Origin: a virus
Lineage: Duplodnaviria; Caudoviricetes
Length of the DNA stretch: 64,000 nucleotides
Strand: one strand, 5' to 3'
IMG/VR virus record: IMGVR_UViG_3300010346_000241
Coordinates: 96,001-160,000 of that record
Positions within the stretch are counted from its first letter, which is position 1; each line of letters opens with the position of its first letter. A program made the translations under genes and the position numbers. Positions 19,681-28,857 of this stretch are shown piece after piece. Below the pieces are notes generated by a model that did not search any database, was not told the DNA's origin, and worked only from the letters and a program-made list of their open reading frames with translations.

Positions 19681-20115
19681 TCATGTTTTCGCATCGTCTT
19701 CGGATTGATCGATTGGGGTATCGATCTCCTCTGATGTGGTAGCATCCAGGAGAACGTCATTGGAATCTTCGCCAGTCTTAGGGTCACTGGCAGACCCATA
19801 GTGAGATATGATCTCGGCAATGTCTATATCGAACCGTTTCTTCACAATTACACAGAGAGACTCATAAAGGCCAACAGAGGACAGTCCCAGGAATGCCAGT
19901 ATAATCACCTTTGACACTGGGTCTTTATCGTCAAAAGTTCCTGGTATCGCGAATCCAGCAATAATGGCGACTACGACATTACTAAAAGGGATATACTTGT
20001 TAGGGAACTTCTTGAAGGTACCTTTAAGAAACATACCTACTGTGAGACATGCTAATGATATGATTATACTATTGCCAAGAAATAGTTCGGAGACAGACGT
20101 TATGAAGTTATCCAT
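19681..20115 (-). CDS. Putative holin (KYIP-type)
   Basis: Three hydrophobic segments, NKYIP and GLSSVGLYE motifs typical of Bacillota phage holins, acidic tail; late promoter at 20134-20145. Confidence 0.7.
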   Translation of the reverse strand: MDNFITSVSELFLGNSIIISLACLTVGMFLKGTFKKFPNKYIPFSNVVVAIIAGFAIPGTFDDKDPVSKVIILAFLGLSSVGLYESLCVIVKKRFDIDIAEIISHYGSASDPKTGEDSNDVLLDATTSEEIDTPIDQSEDDAKT

Positions 20116-20195
20116 ACGATTCCTCCTTCCTATTACATAGATGTTTATGACAAAAAAGAAGAGTGGATATGATCCACTCTTCTCTCTGTAGTAGT

Positions 20196-20525
20196 TCAGA
20201 GCATATGTCTTATGACGATGCTACTTATAAAATCGTCACTTTCGATGTCGAACTTATTCCCATTAAGCACCAAGTAACCAATCGTATTGCAGAAGTATGT
20301 ACCTTCCCATGTAGTATTTGTGAGCACTACTACATCAGTGGCGTATAATGGCACTATGGAATAGAGACAATCGAGTGGGCCTTTAATCTCATCATAGTTC
20401 TCTTTATAGTTTTCTTGTTCGTCGACATCTTTGAGTTCAGTTAAGAACTCATACTTACTCATTCGTACATCGCCGACATGTAAGGCATTGTCGTCTGGTT
20501 TTACTCTATAGATCTTAGCATCCAT
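20196..20525 (-). CDS. Hypothetical protein, paralog of 20774-21151
   Basis: ELKDVDEQENYKENYDE vs SVKDVEKQEDYKNNYDE. Confidence 0.75.
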   Translation of the reverse strand: MDAKIYRVKPDDNALHVGDVRMSKYEFLTELKDVDEQENYKENYDEIKGPLDCLYSIVPLYATDVVVLTNTTWEGTYFCNTIGYLVLNGNKFDIESDDFISSIVIRHML

Positions 20526-20739
20526 TATAGATTTCCTCCCTAAATAAGTATCCGTCTGAGGTTCTTACAGTTTCGCCTGTCTCACGTTCTATATAATCTA
20601 TTATTTCTTCTATAACAGATTCTTTAGCCGCAACAATCGGTCTTGTTACTTCATTGCCGTTAATGAAGTCTGTCCACAAATCCGCCTTGAAAGCTTCTAG
20701 ATAATTAAGTATGCAATTTAGCTTATCACGGTCGCTCAT
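20515..20739 (-). CDS. Hypothetical protein, 74 aa
   Basis: AAGGAGG RBS, operon context. Confidence 0.75.
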   Translation of the reverse strand: MSDRDKLNCILNYLEAFKADLWTDFINGNEVTRPIVAAKESVIEEIIDYIERETGETVRTSDGYLFREEIYNGC

Positions 20740-20773
20740 TATTTCCTCCTTGATGTGTAAGAAGAAGGGTGGA

Positions 20774-21151
20774 TTACCTCCACCCTTCGGTTATTCTTAG
20801 GCACTGTACAATATCACATACAAGCTTTTTAGAGTTGATATCAAACTCGTCTCTTTTCAGTTCGTACCAACAATAAGATCTGTAGTAGTACACGCCATCA
20901 CATGAGTTCGAGTTTGTGATTTCTACTATGTCTCCTGTAGTTATCTGCAGCATTTTGGAGAGGATATCAAGAACACTAATCGATTCGTCATAGTTGTTCT
21001 TATAGTCTTCTTGTTTCTCTACGTCTTTGACCGACAACACAGGTTCGTAGTAGTTAAGATGGATCAGAGCATTCCAGACTATATTAGCAGTACAGATCCT
21101 GTTGAAATACTCTGGCTTGTCCCTGTAAATAGTAATGTCCATTCTTATCAA
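20774..21151 (-). CDS. Hypothetical protein, paralog of 20196-20525
   Basis: Shared motifs; start may be ATG 21142. Confidence 0.75.
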   Translation of the reverse strand: MIRMDITIYRDKPEYFNRICTANIVWNALIHLNYYEPVLSVKDVEKQEDYKNNYDESISVLDILSKMLQITTGDIVEITNSNSCDGVYYYRSYCWYELKRDEFDINSKKLVCDIVQCLRITEGWR

Positions 21152-21858
21152 CCCTCATCATTGTCCTGCTGAATCTTCGAGTTTGCTCTTATTGTAGGTG
21201 AAGTGATTATCATAGGATCGTTTATTTCCGTACACTTGATCTTCTTGATAGTGTCTTTACCTATGAGACGATCCATACATCCATTCTTAACTACGCTATC
21301 GAGAAGAGACTGATCACGAAATGTGATATAGTTAGTAGCTATAGAAGCCGCTTCCTGCTTAGATATGTAGTCGGAATCAGGATCCTTCTCGTTGTAGCAA
21401 TTGATGATATTTGCATAGTCCTGAAGATTAGTAACTGGGACAGAGTTTGTGTTGTCGAGAATCTGACTGACTGGAGTGCCGCCATTAGTAACAGCAACGT
21501 ACTCGTTGTCGCATACTCTTATGCCAGATGAGAAGTTCACTCCAGTAGGGAGATATACGTTGTTCTGTTTCATCATGTTTGATGTCAGTATAGAGTTTGT
21601 GAGAAAAGCTCTGGCTATCACAACGTTAGCCTTATCTCTTTCACGCTTCATGTCTGAGTAGTACTTACGAAAGTCTACCTGACATTCAATCATTTTTCTT
21701 TTGAGAGGATCTTCTTCCTCTATTACTTCTACAGATAATGCCTGTTCCGTTTCCTGACCAGGCTCATCTTCGAAGAAATCTGTTGAGTCGCTTGGACGTC
21801 CTATTCTCTTCTTGAAAGAGATCATACGGTTGAAGTCGATGTTGTTTGTGTCGTTCAT
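21148..21858 (-). CDS. Hypothetical protein, paralog of the C-terminal module of 22045-24651
   Basis: TNSVPVTNLQDYANI is identical in both. Confidence 0.85.
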   Translation of the reverse strand: MNDTNNIDFNRMISFKKRIGRPSDSTDFFEDEPGQETEQALSVEVIEEEDPLKRKMIECQVDFRKYYSDMKRERDKANVVIARAFLTNSILTSNMMKQNNVYLPTGVNFSSGIRVCDNEYVAVTNGGTPVSQILDNTNSVPVTNLQDYANIINCYNEKDPDSDYISKQEAASIATNYITFRDQSLLDSVVKNGCMDRLIGKDTIKKIKCTEINDPMIITSPTIRANSKIQQDNDEG

Positions 21859-22044
21859 AGTGTTAACCTCCTAATTACTTTTAGATGAATGGTTTATGTG
21901 GAAGCTTTCACGGGTGTTTATTCACTTCCTCTCAATATAATGTTATTTCCTTATCCTAATTTACAATTAAATTAGGATAATCGAAATAATAGGCTCGGTG
22001 ATTCTACTCACCGAGCCCACCATTCATCGAAAGTAATACTAATA

Positions 22045-24651
22045 TCACTTCTTGCTGTCCTCTTCTGCAGGTTCAATAGTGATATACTTCATTACAGTAG
22101 GAGATGTAGTAATCAAGAGATTACTGAACTCAGTCTTCTCAATCTCCTTAACAGTGTCCTCTCCTATAACCTTCTCAAGGCTGTTAGTATCCTGGAGCAT
22201 GTTCAGAAGAGCCTGATCACGACAACCTATATAGTTAGTAACTATAGAAGCTGCTTCTTCAGCTGTAAGGCCGTGATCTGGAGTCTGTTCTTTAACCATA
22301 TTGAAGGTTCCGAGAATGTTTGCATAGTCCTGAAGATTGGTAACAGGAACAGAGTTTGTTGTTGTAAGTACCTGATCTGATGCCGACTTACCATTAGTGA
22401 CTACAACAAGCTCACCATCAAGCATTCTTGTAGCATAAGGATACTTAACGTCCTTTGGGAGAAGGAAGTTTCTTGTCTCCATAGAACTATCTGTCATAAT
22501 ACCGTGAGTGAGAATAGCTCTAGCCATTGTAGCATTAGCTCTTGCTCTGTCACGTCTCATATCTTCAGCGTACTGAGAGATGTCTGCCTGGCATGCGCAC
22601 ATAGCATCCATGATAACTTTTGCCTGCTCTGGAGTAGGCATAGCAGGGTTGTTGGCTTCCTTCTTAGGAAGGTTGTCGTTGTTCTTCTTGTTCTTGAATA
22701 ATGGGAATTTGTCAAACATAATGTTTTCCTCCTTGATTGGGTTGGGATTAGGGTTTGTGTTGTTGAGTCCGAGAAGATTCTTCTCGTCTACTACGGGTAT
22801 ATTGAGAAACTCTTCTATAGCACTAACTGAGTTAAAATGACATAGATGAGCACTACAACCTATCTTAGATACGATCCTTGCTTTGGTAACGAGCATATCT
22901 TCCATAACTGCATCGAGTGCATTCCAAGCAGCTATCTCTATAGAGAAGAAGTATATGTCGTTATGTGCAGTAGTAAACCTCAGGATCTTACATCTTTCAC
23001 CTCTGACTTCGTCTTCGTATATGTTCTCCATAATTATCGTGTCATTGTCTGTGACGTAGAAAGTTGTTCCATTGAAACCGCCTATCATAGTATCCGATCC
23101 TTCCGATTCTGGTATGATCTGTTCTGGTTTATGTGCACTAAACTCTCCACAGTTATAGTATAATGTATCACAAAAGCCATAATCAGGATCAAATTTTAAA
23201 AGTCTTTCTTTATCACTGAGCATAGCGATATTCTCCATCTTTCTGTTTAAGATCGACTTAGAAGTATCAGACAGACAGTTATAGAAGCTGTCTGTACCTA
23301 TGACGAAAAGTAATGACTTAACGGAACAAACCATAAAGTCAAAGACTATCATACGCACAGATACTTTGCCGCATGCCGTATACACATCCCTATCAATCAA
23401 TACTCTATGAGTAAGATTTAACGGATCTTCGACAGCATACTTAATGAAGTAGTCTATTGAATCAGCGTTTGTTAAGTTCCAGCAGAACTGACGATATATC
23501 TTGGCTTCCTTGTGTGCATTGAGCATATATTCGAAAGCCAATATAAAGTTTGATTGTTTGCCTTGTTGTAAGTCCCATGCGGGCTTCAGTATATTAACCT
23601 TCAAGCCACTGATGCTTGAGTTAGATATAAAAGAGATCCAGCCTTCACAACTTGTATCTACTTTATAAAGCATACCATCGTTAGTTTCACGCTCTATAAG
23701 CTGTTCCATAGCTCCAGGACCGTCATAATGCTTTCTTTGAGTGAAAGGGTATCTGGTCATGCATGCTATGATGTCATCCCATTTGTAAGTGAAACTTGCG
23801 GTGCTATTGCTCTTAGGCTGATTAGGATCGGTAGCAATATGATTACATATATCGTAGATATTGTCCCTACAACTATCTTCCAGGTTCTCGAACCATTCTG
23901 GAAGAACGAATACGTATGGGAACGGATTCAATACGTATTCACCAGTCTTAGGATCTTTGAATCCTCCTCTACACTCCACTTCTTCGACAACAGAGTTTCT
24001 TCTATAGTTTGGCATCACATCGAAGATTATAATGTTGAAGAAGTTTATAAGATCACATTCGGTGTCGATAACCCATTCATGCTTATCGCAACCGCTGTAA
24101 CCTATATAACCGACAAGATCGGCTATCTTGTCAGTTTGCTCTTCATTGAGAGTCTCATATATAGCTTTGTGTATGTATATACGGTACTCACCAGATTTTT
24201 CCATTGTCTGAATGATCAAATGATATGGGACGTCATTGCGTAACGTGTCGAACTCTTCTTCATTCGTATCTCTGTCAAGACTGATATCGACCTTAAGTAT
24301 TATTGGTGGAAGAAAGATACTATGAGATATCGCTACGAGGTCATACATGTCAAATACAAATTTGTCATCGTCGTCCTTCTTAGTGTCATTTGTTATACCA
24401 TTGGCTATTACATAGTCTATGGTATCCCATATAGTCTTTCTGTCTATGCTTCCAAGCTTGTCAAACTCCTCTTCTGGGAAGAGGAATAAGTGCTTACCTA
24501 TGTTTACGACGTACAGATGGGAGGATTCATCCCTGAATCCTCCTTTATCTATTACTTCGTTTTCGGGATCAAAGTTTGGTTTATTTACATCCATGGTGGC
24601 TAGTCCTCCTTCTGTAGGTGCTCCGAATGTGGGTGTTGAATTGTACATCAT
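22045..24651 (-). CDS. Composite hypothetical protein with internal repeats and in-frame internal starts (24594, 22719)
   Basis: 868-aa ORF; repeated GGF-x-D modules; strong AAGGAGG sites before in-frame ATGs. Confidence 0.75.
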   Translation of the reverse strand: MMYNSTPTFGAPTEGGLATMDVNKPNFDPENEVIDKGGFRDESSHLYVVNIGKHLFLFPEEEFDKLGSIDRKTIWDTIDYVIANGITNDTKKDDDDKFVFDMYDLVAISHSIFLPPIILKVDISLDRDTNEEEFDTLRNDVPYHLIIQTMEKSGEYRIYIHKAIYETLNEEQTDKIADLVGYIGYSGCDKHEWVIDTECDLINFFNIIIFDVMPNYRRNSVVEEVECRGGFKDPKTGEYVLNPFPYVFVLPEWFENLEDSCRDNIYDICNHIATDPNQPKSNSTASFTYKWDDIIACMTRYPFTQRKHYDGPGAMEQLIERETNDGMLYKVDTSCEGWISFISNSSISGLKVNILKPAWDLQQGKQSNFILAFEYMLNAHKEAKIYRQFCWNLTNADSIDYFIKYAVEDPLNLTHRVLIDRDVYTACGKVSVRMIVFDFMVCSVKSLLFVIGTDSFYNCLSDTSKSILNRKMENIAMLSDKERLLKFDPDYGFCDTLYYNCGEFSAHKPEQIIPESEGSDTMIGGFNGTTFYVTDNDTIIMENIYEDEVRGERCKILRFTTAHNDIYFFSIEIAAWNALDAVMEDMLVTKARIVSKIGCSAHLCHFNSVSAIEEFLNIPVVDEKNLLGLNNTNPNPNPIKEENIMFDKFPLFKNKKNNDNLPKKEANNPAMPTPEQAKVIMDAMCACQADISQYAEDMRRDRARANATMARAILTHGIMTDSSMETRNFLLPKDVKYPYATRMLDGELVVVTNGKSASDQVLTTTNSVPVTNLQDYANILGTFNMVKEQTPDHGLTAEEAASIVTNYIGCRDQALLNMLQDTNSLEKVIGEDTVKEIEKTEFSNLLITTSPTVMKYITIEPAEEDSKK

Positions 24652-24747
24652 TGCGATGTCCTCCTTTAATTAAAATTTTGTGTATATACAAGAGGGGAAC
24701 CTCTCGTACCCCTCTATTGTATACAATTGTTGATTGTTTTACTCCTT
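24612..24747. repeat. 136-bp exact direct repeat, copy 1
   Basis: Identical to 57150-57285. Confidence 0.95.
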
Positions 24748-24750
24748 ATA

Positions 24751-25158
24751 TTAGAAGTATGATACTTCTGCCATATGCTGTCTGGCTTCCTCGGCCGCCT
24801 CTGCTTCAGTCATGCTCGTAGTCACTAATGGATTCTCTCCATCAGCTTCGAACTCATCCTTAGCATAGACTTTGAGGTAATCTAATGCGACATCCTTGAC
24901 ATACTCTAATGGTACTACACGTATCACTCCAGGAATGCCAATGAGATCACTCAGATTGATTGCACCAAATCGCTGCATACATGCACCACAGAAAGCGGTG
25001 CCGATATGGTTCTGTACATTAGTCCATCTCTGCACTCTTCCGTTCTTGTTGAGTGTTACATATTCAGTGTTGCGGAACTTAACGGTTAGCTTACCGTCCT
25101 TACCGCAACACGGACACTCTCCGATATTGATTACTTTGAATAAAGGTTCTGTCTTCAT
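24751..25158 (-). CDS. Zinc-ribbon protein
   Basis: CPCC...CGAC; N-terminal EPLFK shared with 19343-19576. Confidence 0.75.
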   Translation of the reverse strand: MKTEPLFKVINIGECPCCGKDGKLTVKFRNTEYVTLNKNGRVQRWTNVQNHIGTAFCGACMQRFGAINLSDLIGIPGVIRVVPLEYVKDVALDYLKVYAKDEFEADGENPLVTTSMTEAEAAEEARQHMAEVSYF

Positions 25159-25163
25159 AGTAA

Positions 25164-25406
25164 TCACTCCTTTACAGGATCAGTATACTTAACCTTACGG
25201 ATATCTCCTACTAGTACAGTCCTAGCATCTCCGTATACTTGAGTATACTTCTCTGGTCTGGTCTCCATAGCAGTGAAAGCCTTATAGTGTCCTCCCACTA
25301 ATACAGTACCAGGCTTATAGTTTCGGTTTCCTGCTTTTCTCTCAATCTCCTTGACCTTATCATAATGAGACTGAGAGAAGAGGAAGTAGCGTGTAAAGAT
25401 ATCCAC
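25164..25406 (-). CDS. Hypothetical protein, 80 aa
   Basis: GTG start with AAGGAGGTG upstream. Confidence 0.7.
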   Translation of the reverse strand: MDIFTRYFLFSQSHYDKVKEIERKAGNRNYKPGTVLVGGHYKAFTAMETRPEKYTQVYGDARTVLVGDIRKVKYTDPVKE

Positions 25407-25425
25407 TTCCTCTTCACCTCCTTCT

Positions 25426-27222
25426 TTAAGCTGCTATTGTTCCTATAGATATAGAGCCGTCGTCGACTAATGGAAGTTCGTTGACGACATCCACTACAGG
25501 ATCGTTGAGTTTCAGAGCTGCATTAGAGATAGACTCAATGAGCTCTTTATATGAGGTTAATTCCATCATAGTATCTGAGTTGGTTCTTCCAAGCATTGCA
25601 CTCTTAGCAAACTCAACTTCAACGATACTATTCATCTGCTTATACTCTTCATAGAGCTTATCCAGTTCATCACGACCCTTACAAGGTTCGTGGAAGTCAC
25701 TGAGATATCCGCCATCATAGAGCTTTGCATAAGGTACAAGTGTGCCAGACATTCCAGGATCACTGTTAGAAGAGTCAGTCATATCCAGACGACCAAGATG
25801 ACTTGGGTTAACAAGTTTATACTTGGTCTGTACTGCAGATGTCTTGTTCTCTCCAATACCTGAGATGCCCTTGAATGAATAAGAGAGTGGTACTATAGCA
25901 TCGTCATCATTAACCATGTTGTTGTAGGTGACGAGAGTACAACTACTCTTAAGCTGATCTATAAGATAGTGGTGTTTGATACCGATGATCTGCTTGAGCT
26001 TCTTCATTGATACCTTGTTAGCTGCATTGGCTACACGCTTGATGTTGTTAGCAAGCTTTCTAGCATAGTGAACAGCGATATACTCACCAAACCTTATTCG
26101 CTTAGCAGCAATGTTTGTGTTGTCCTTGAGTAACAATGCTGCATGGTTCTGAAGGATCCATCTGAGAACCGTATAAGCATCTCTCTTCTTATACTCATCT
26201 GTCACTCTAAGGTGATCATAAGTATTGTTATCGATAGAAACTTCGAACGATTCTCTGAATGATAAACCCTTGAACTTTGTTCTAGTCTTCAGCTCAGCTC
26301 CCTGAGCCTCCAGCCAATAGTCTTCCGTATAGAGATCAGCCCATGAATATCCCTGAGTAGCGCTCTTCACGAGACAATAACACATGCTCTGATACATGTA
26401 GTTGTTATCATAGAGATACTTCGGACAATATACATAGACCCCTGTAATCTCTGTAGGGAAGTAATAGTACTTTTCATCAAGCACTTCTGTACCTTCTATC
26501 TTCGTATATCCGATATCGTGCAGATTGAGGAACTCTATACCTCTATTAAGACCAAACTTACAGAGTATAAACTTCTCAGCAGATATCTTGTTAGCGAAGA
26601 TGTCACATACAAACTGCATACAAGGTATGGTTTCCTTATTGATAGTAGTAAGTTTCTTCTCCATACGATGTACAACAGTTCTTGAGAATGCTGACTTCAT
26701 GAATACAGCAGGGACCTTTGCAGATCCCATGCTAGTATTGTTGTAGGTCGATGCATCAACGATCTGATACATCGCAGAGTACTTACAGCCGTTGATTCTG
26801 AAGTAGTACTTATCAACGACTATCGGTACCTGAATGATAACCGAAGTGTCACACTTCTCTTCTTCAGTCTCAAGGTGATAGAAGACTTCAAGAAGCATAA
26901 CACTTGATGGTTTGAGATTGATATAGTCATACTCATTGAATCTCTTTCTCTTGTTATTAGAGTTAGACTCAAGTTCTCTAAGACGTTCCTGTACTTCGGC
27001 ATAAGAGGTTATCTCTTTGAAGCCAGTAACTTCTATCTTAAAGAACTGATCTCTCTGAGCTGAGAGTATGATATTCTTGAGGCATTCTATGATGTCACTG
27101 ACATCTCTTTTGAATAAGTCCTCGTTGAAGTGAGCTCTATGTGTTTCGTTATACACAGCAATGAAAGATCGCTGGTTAGGATACATCTGATAGGTCTCAC
27201 CATTTATCACTATTGGTCTCAT
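25426..27222 (-). CDS. Non-virion RNA polymerase beta subunit, N-terminal part (AR9 gp105 / phiKZ gp123-like)
   Basis: VPIVVDKYYFRING, KRIRFGEYIA, VNPSHLGRLD...SDPGMSGTLVP; TAATG overlap. Confidence 0.8.
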   Translation of the reverse strand: MRPIVINGETYQMYPNQRSFIAVYNETHRAHFNEDLFKRDVSDIIECLKNIILSAQRDQFFKIEVTGFKEITSYAEVQERLRELESNSNNKRKRFNEYDYINLKPSSVMLLEVFYHLETEEEKCDTSVIIQVPIVVDKYYFRINGCKYSAMYQIVDASTYNNTSMGSAKVPAVFMKSAFSRTVVHRMEKKLTTINKETIPCMQFVCDIFANKISAEKFILCKFGLNRGIEFLNLHDIGYTKIEGTEVLDEKYYYFPTEITGVYVYCPKYLYDNNYMYQSMCYCLVKSATQGYSWADLYTEDYWLEAQGAELKTRTKFKGLSFRESFEVSIDNNTYDHLRVTDEYKKRDAYTVLRWILQNHAALLLKDNTNIAAKRIRFGEYIAVHYARKLANNIKRVANAANKVSMKKLKQIIGIKHHYLIDQLKSSCTLVTYNNMVNDDDAIVPLSYSFKGISGIGENKTSAVQTKYKLVNPSHLGRLDMTDSSNSDPGMSGTLVPYAKLYDGGYLSDFHEPCKGRDELDKLYEEYKQMNSIVEVEFAKSAMLGRTNSDTMMELTSYKELIESISNAALKLNDPVVDVVNELPLVDDGSISIGTIAA

Positions 27223-27914
27223 TAGAAGCACCCCCCGTTTATACCTGAGTTGAGATCATAGGTTATCAGGGACTGCATCGGATAGACCGCAGAATTGATC
27301 GCATTGTCTGCTGTAGCTGTTATCTTCACATCAATACAGTTGAGTATCTCAACCGCTTTGTTGTATGAGATATCATTCTTGTTCTTAAGCAGACGCATGT
27401 TGTTGTTGTAGTTGTTACCCATTCTGTTCTCAAGGAACTTCGAGGTAACGTACTTGCTGTTAATGATGTTCTTACACAGTATCATCAGAGGTGTATCAGA
27501 CACCTCATCAATAGTGAGTCTTACCACATCATCTGGCTGATCCGACAGAAACGCTTTTCTCTCCTGCTCAACTAACTCTGCGTTAGCTGCAAGATACTCT
27601 GCCATTGTCGTCACATTGGAGAAGTCTACGATGTTTGATTTGGAGTATATTCCCATTTCATTCTGAGTAGGTGGTACTATAGGAATAAACGGACTACCCC
27701 CAGGACCATAGACTCCTGGCGTCATATAGAAGCCAGGAACACTAAGATCTACATTAGTAGTACGAACTGGAAGGATGTAATCCACATCCTCCATCATGAT
27801 ACATGTAGTCTTAGGGTCATACAACTCTGAGTTGTTCATATATTCTGTTGGACTTACGACATCGACTCTAACGCCATTGACGTAAGCCTGGTTGATTGGT
27901 GTCTTCGGTAACAT
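27222..27914 (-). CDS. Hypothetical protein translationally coupled to nvRNAP beta-N
   Basis: ORF, GAGGAGAG RBS, TAATG overlap. Confidence 0.8.
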   Translation of the reverse strand: MLPKTPINQAYVNGVRVDVVSPTEYMNNSELYDPKTTCIMMEDVDYILPVRTTNVDLSVPGFYMTPGVYGPGGSPFIPIVPPTQNEMGIYSKSNIVDFSNVTTMAEYLAANAELVEQERKAFLSDQPDDVVRLTIDEVSDTPLMILCKNIINSKYVTSKFLENRMGNNYNNNMRLLKNKNDISYNKAVEILNCIDVKITATADNAINSAVYPMQSLITYDLNSGINGGCF

Positions 27915-27992
27915 CTTATCTACTCTCCTCCTCTTAAAAATAATCGGGGAGAGAACTCCCCGATTACCTTGATTCCGCCTAGTAACTTCTTA

Positions 27993-28757
27993 TCATGTAA
28001 GATCTGCGTTACCTTTAGCGATGGCCTTCATCTCTTCGCCGAAAGTCATGGTCTTCTTCTTAAGACCACGCTCAACTGAGACTGTAGCTGTCGCATAAGT
28101 AACCCAGTGAGACTTATATGTCTCGAAGTCAATAGGTGTAGGAGCTTTACCTTCTGCTGTGAGTTCTGCATCATAGACTGTGCTGTCCTTGAACTCTACA
28201 GCGATAGCTTCATTCTCTGATGCATTTGCATCGAGCCAGTTGCAGATAGTCTTAACGACGAGAATAGTGATGCCGTTGAGAATCTCGACGTCATCGATTC
28301 TTCTGCAGTGTACATTGCTGAGTACGCCTCTGAGTGTGGGACCCCAAGGCATAATAGCCTGTATGTCATAGAATGGCTTCACTGCATCCTCAGGGATACC
28401 CTTGATATCCTCGGGATCGAAAGTGAAGTAGAAATTGTAGTTTCCATCGTCTCCCTCAGGGATCCACTCGGAAACGCAAGCCATAAGCATTGAACCTGCA
28501 CCCTTAGGATCTGAGAAGACGAGAGCTGTTTTGTGCTCTTTTGACTTCATTGCGTCAGCGCTCATGATACGTGCGCATGCGCCGATGAATGCTGAGAAAG
28601 GATATACGCTGTCATTACGCTGATCCTTCTCATTAGTGGTGTCGCTGATTACGAAATGTACAGCGTTGCCGTTTGCTCCGCTTCCTGTAAGCTCGCTGAT
28701 GAGTGCGCTTCTGAAAAGCTGGGGCATGTTTGTTTCTCTGAGTTCAAATGTTTTCAT
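27993..28757 (-). CDS. Hypothetical protein, 254 aa
   Basis: AAGGAGG RBS; both early-type (28817-28824) and late-type (28829-28840) motifs upstream. Confidence 0.8.
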   Translation of the reverse strand: MKTFELRETNMPQLFRSALISELTGSGANGNAVHFVISDTTNEKDQRNDSVYPFSAFIGACARIMSADAMKSKEHKTALVFSDPKGAGSMLMACVSEWIPEGDDGNYNFYFTFDPEDIKGIPEDAVKPFYDIQAIMPWGPTLRGVLSNVHCRRIDDVEILNGITILVVKTICNWLDANASENEAIAVEFKDSTVYDAELTAEGKAPTPIDFETYKSHWVTYATATVSVERGLKKKTMTFGEEMKAIAKGNADLT

Positions 28758-28857
28758 AGTGAAAACCCTCCTTGAATTGATATAATATAACAGGACTTGT
28801 TATCCTGTACATAAGCATAGTATATGCTTATATTCATGTTTGATACCCTATATTTTC

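Noticed and set aside
22045-24651. Chimallin or nuclear-shell candidate
   Set aside because: No recognisable similarity; looks like a fused accessory gene.
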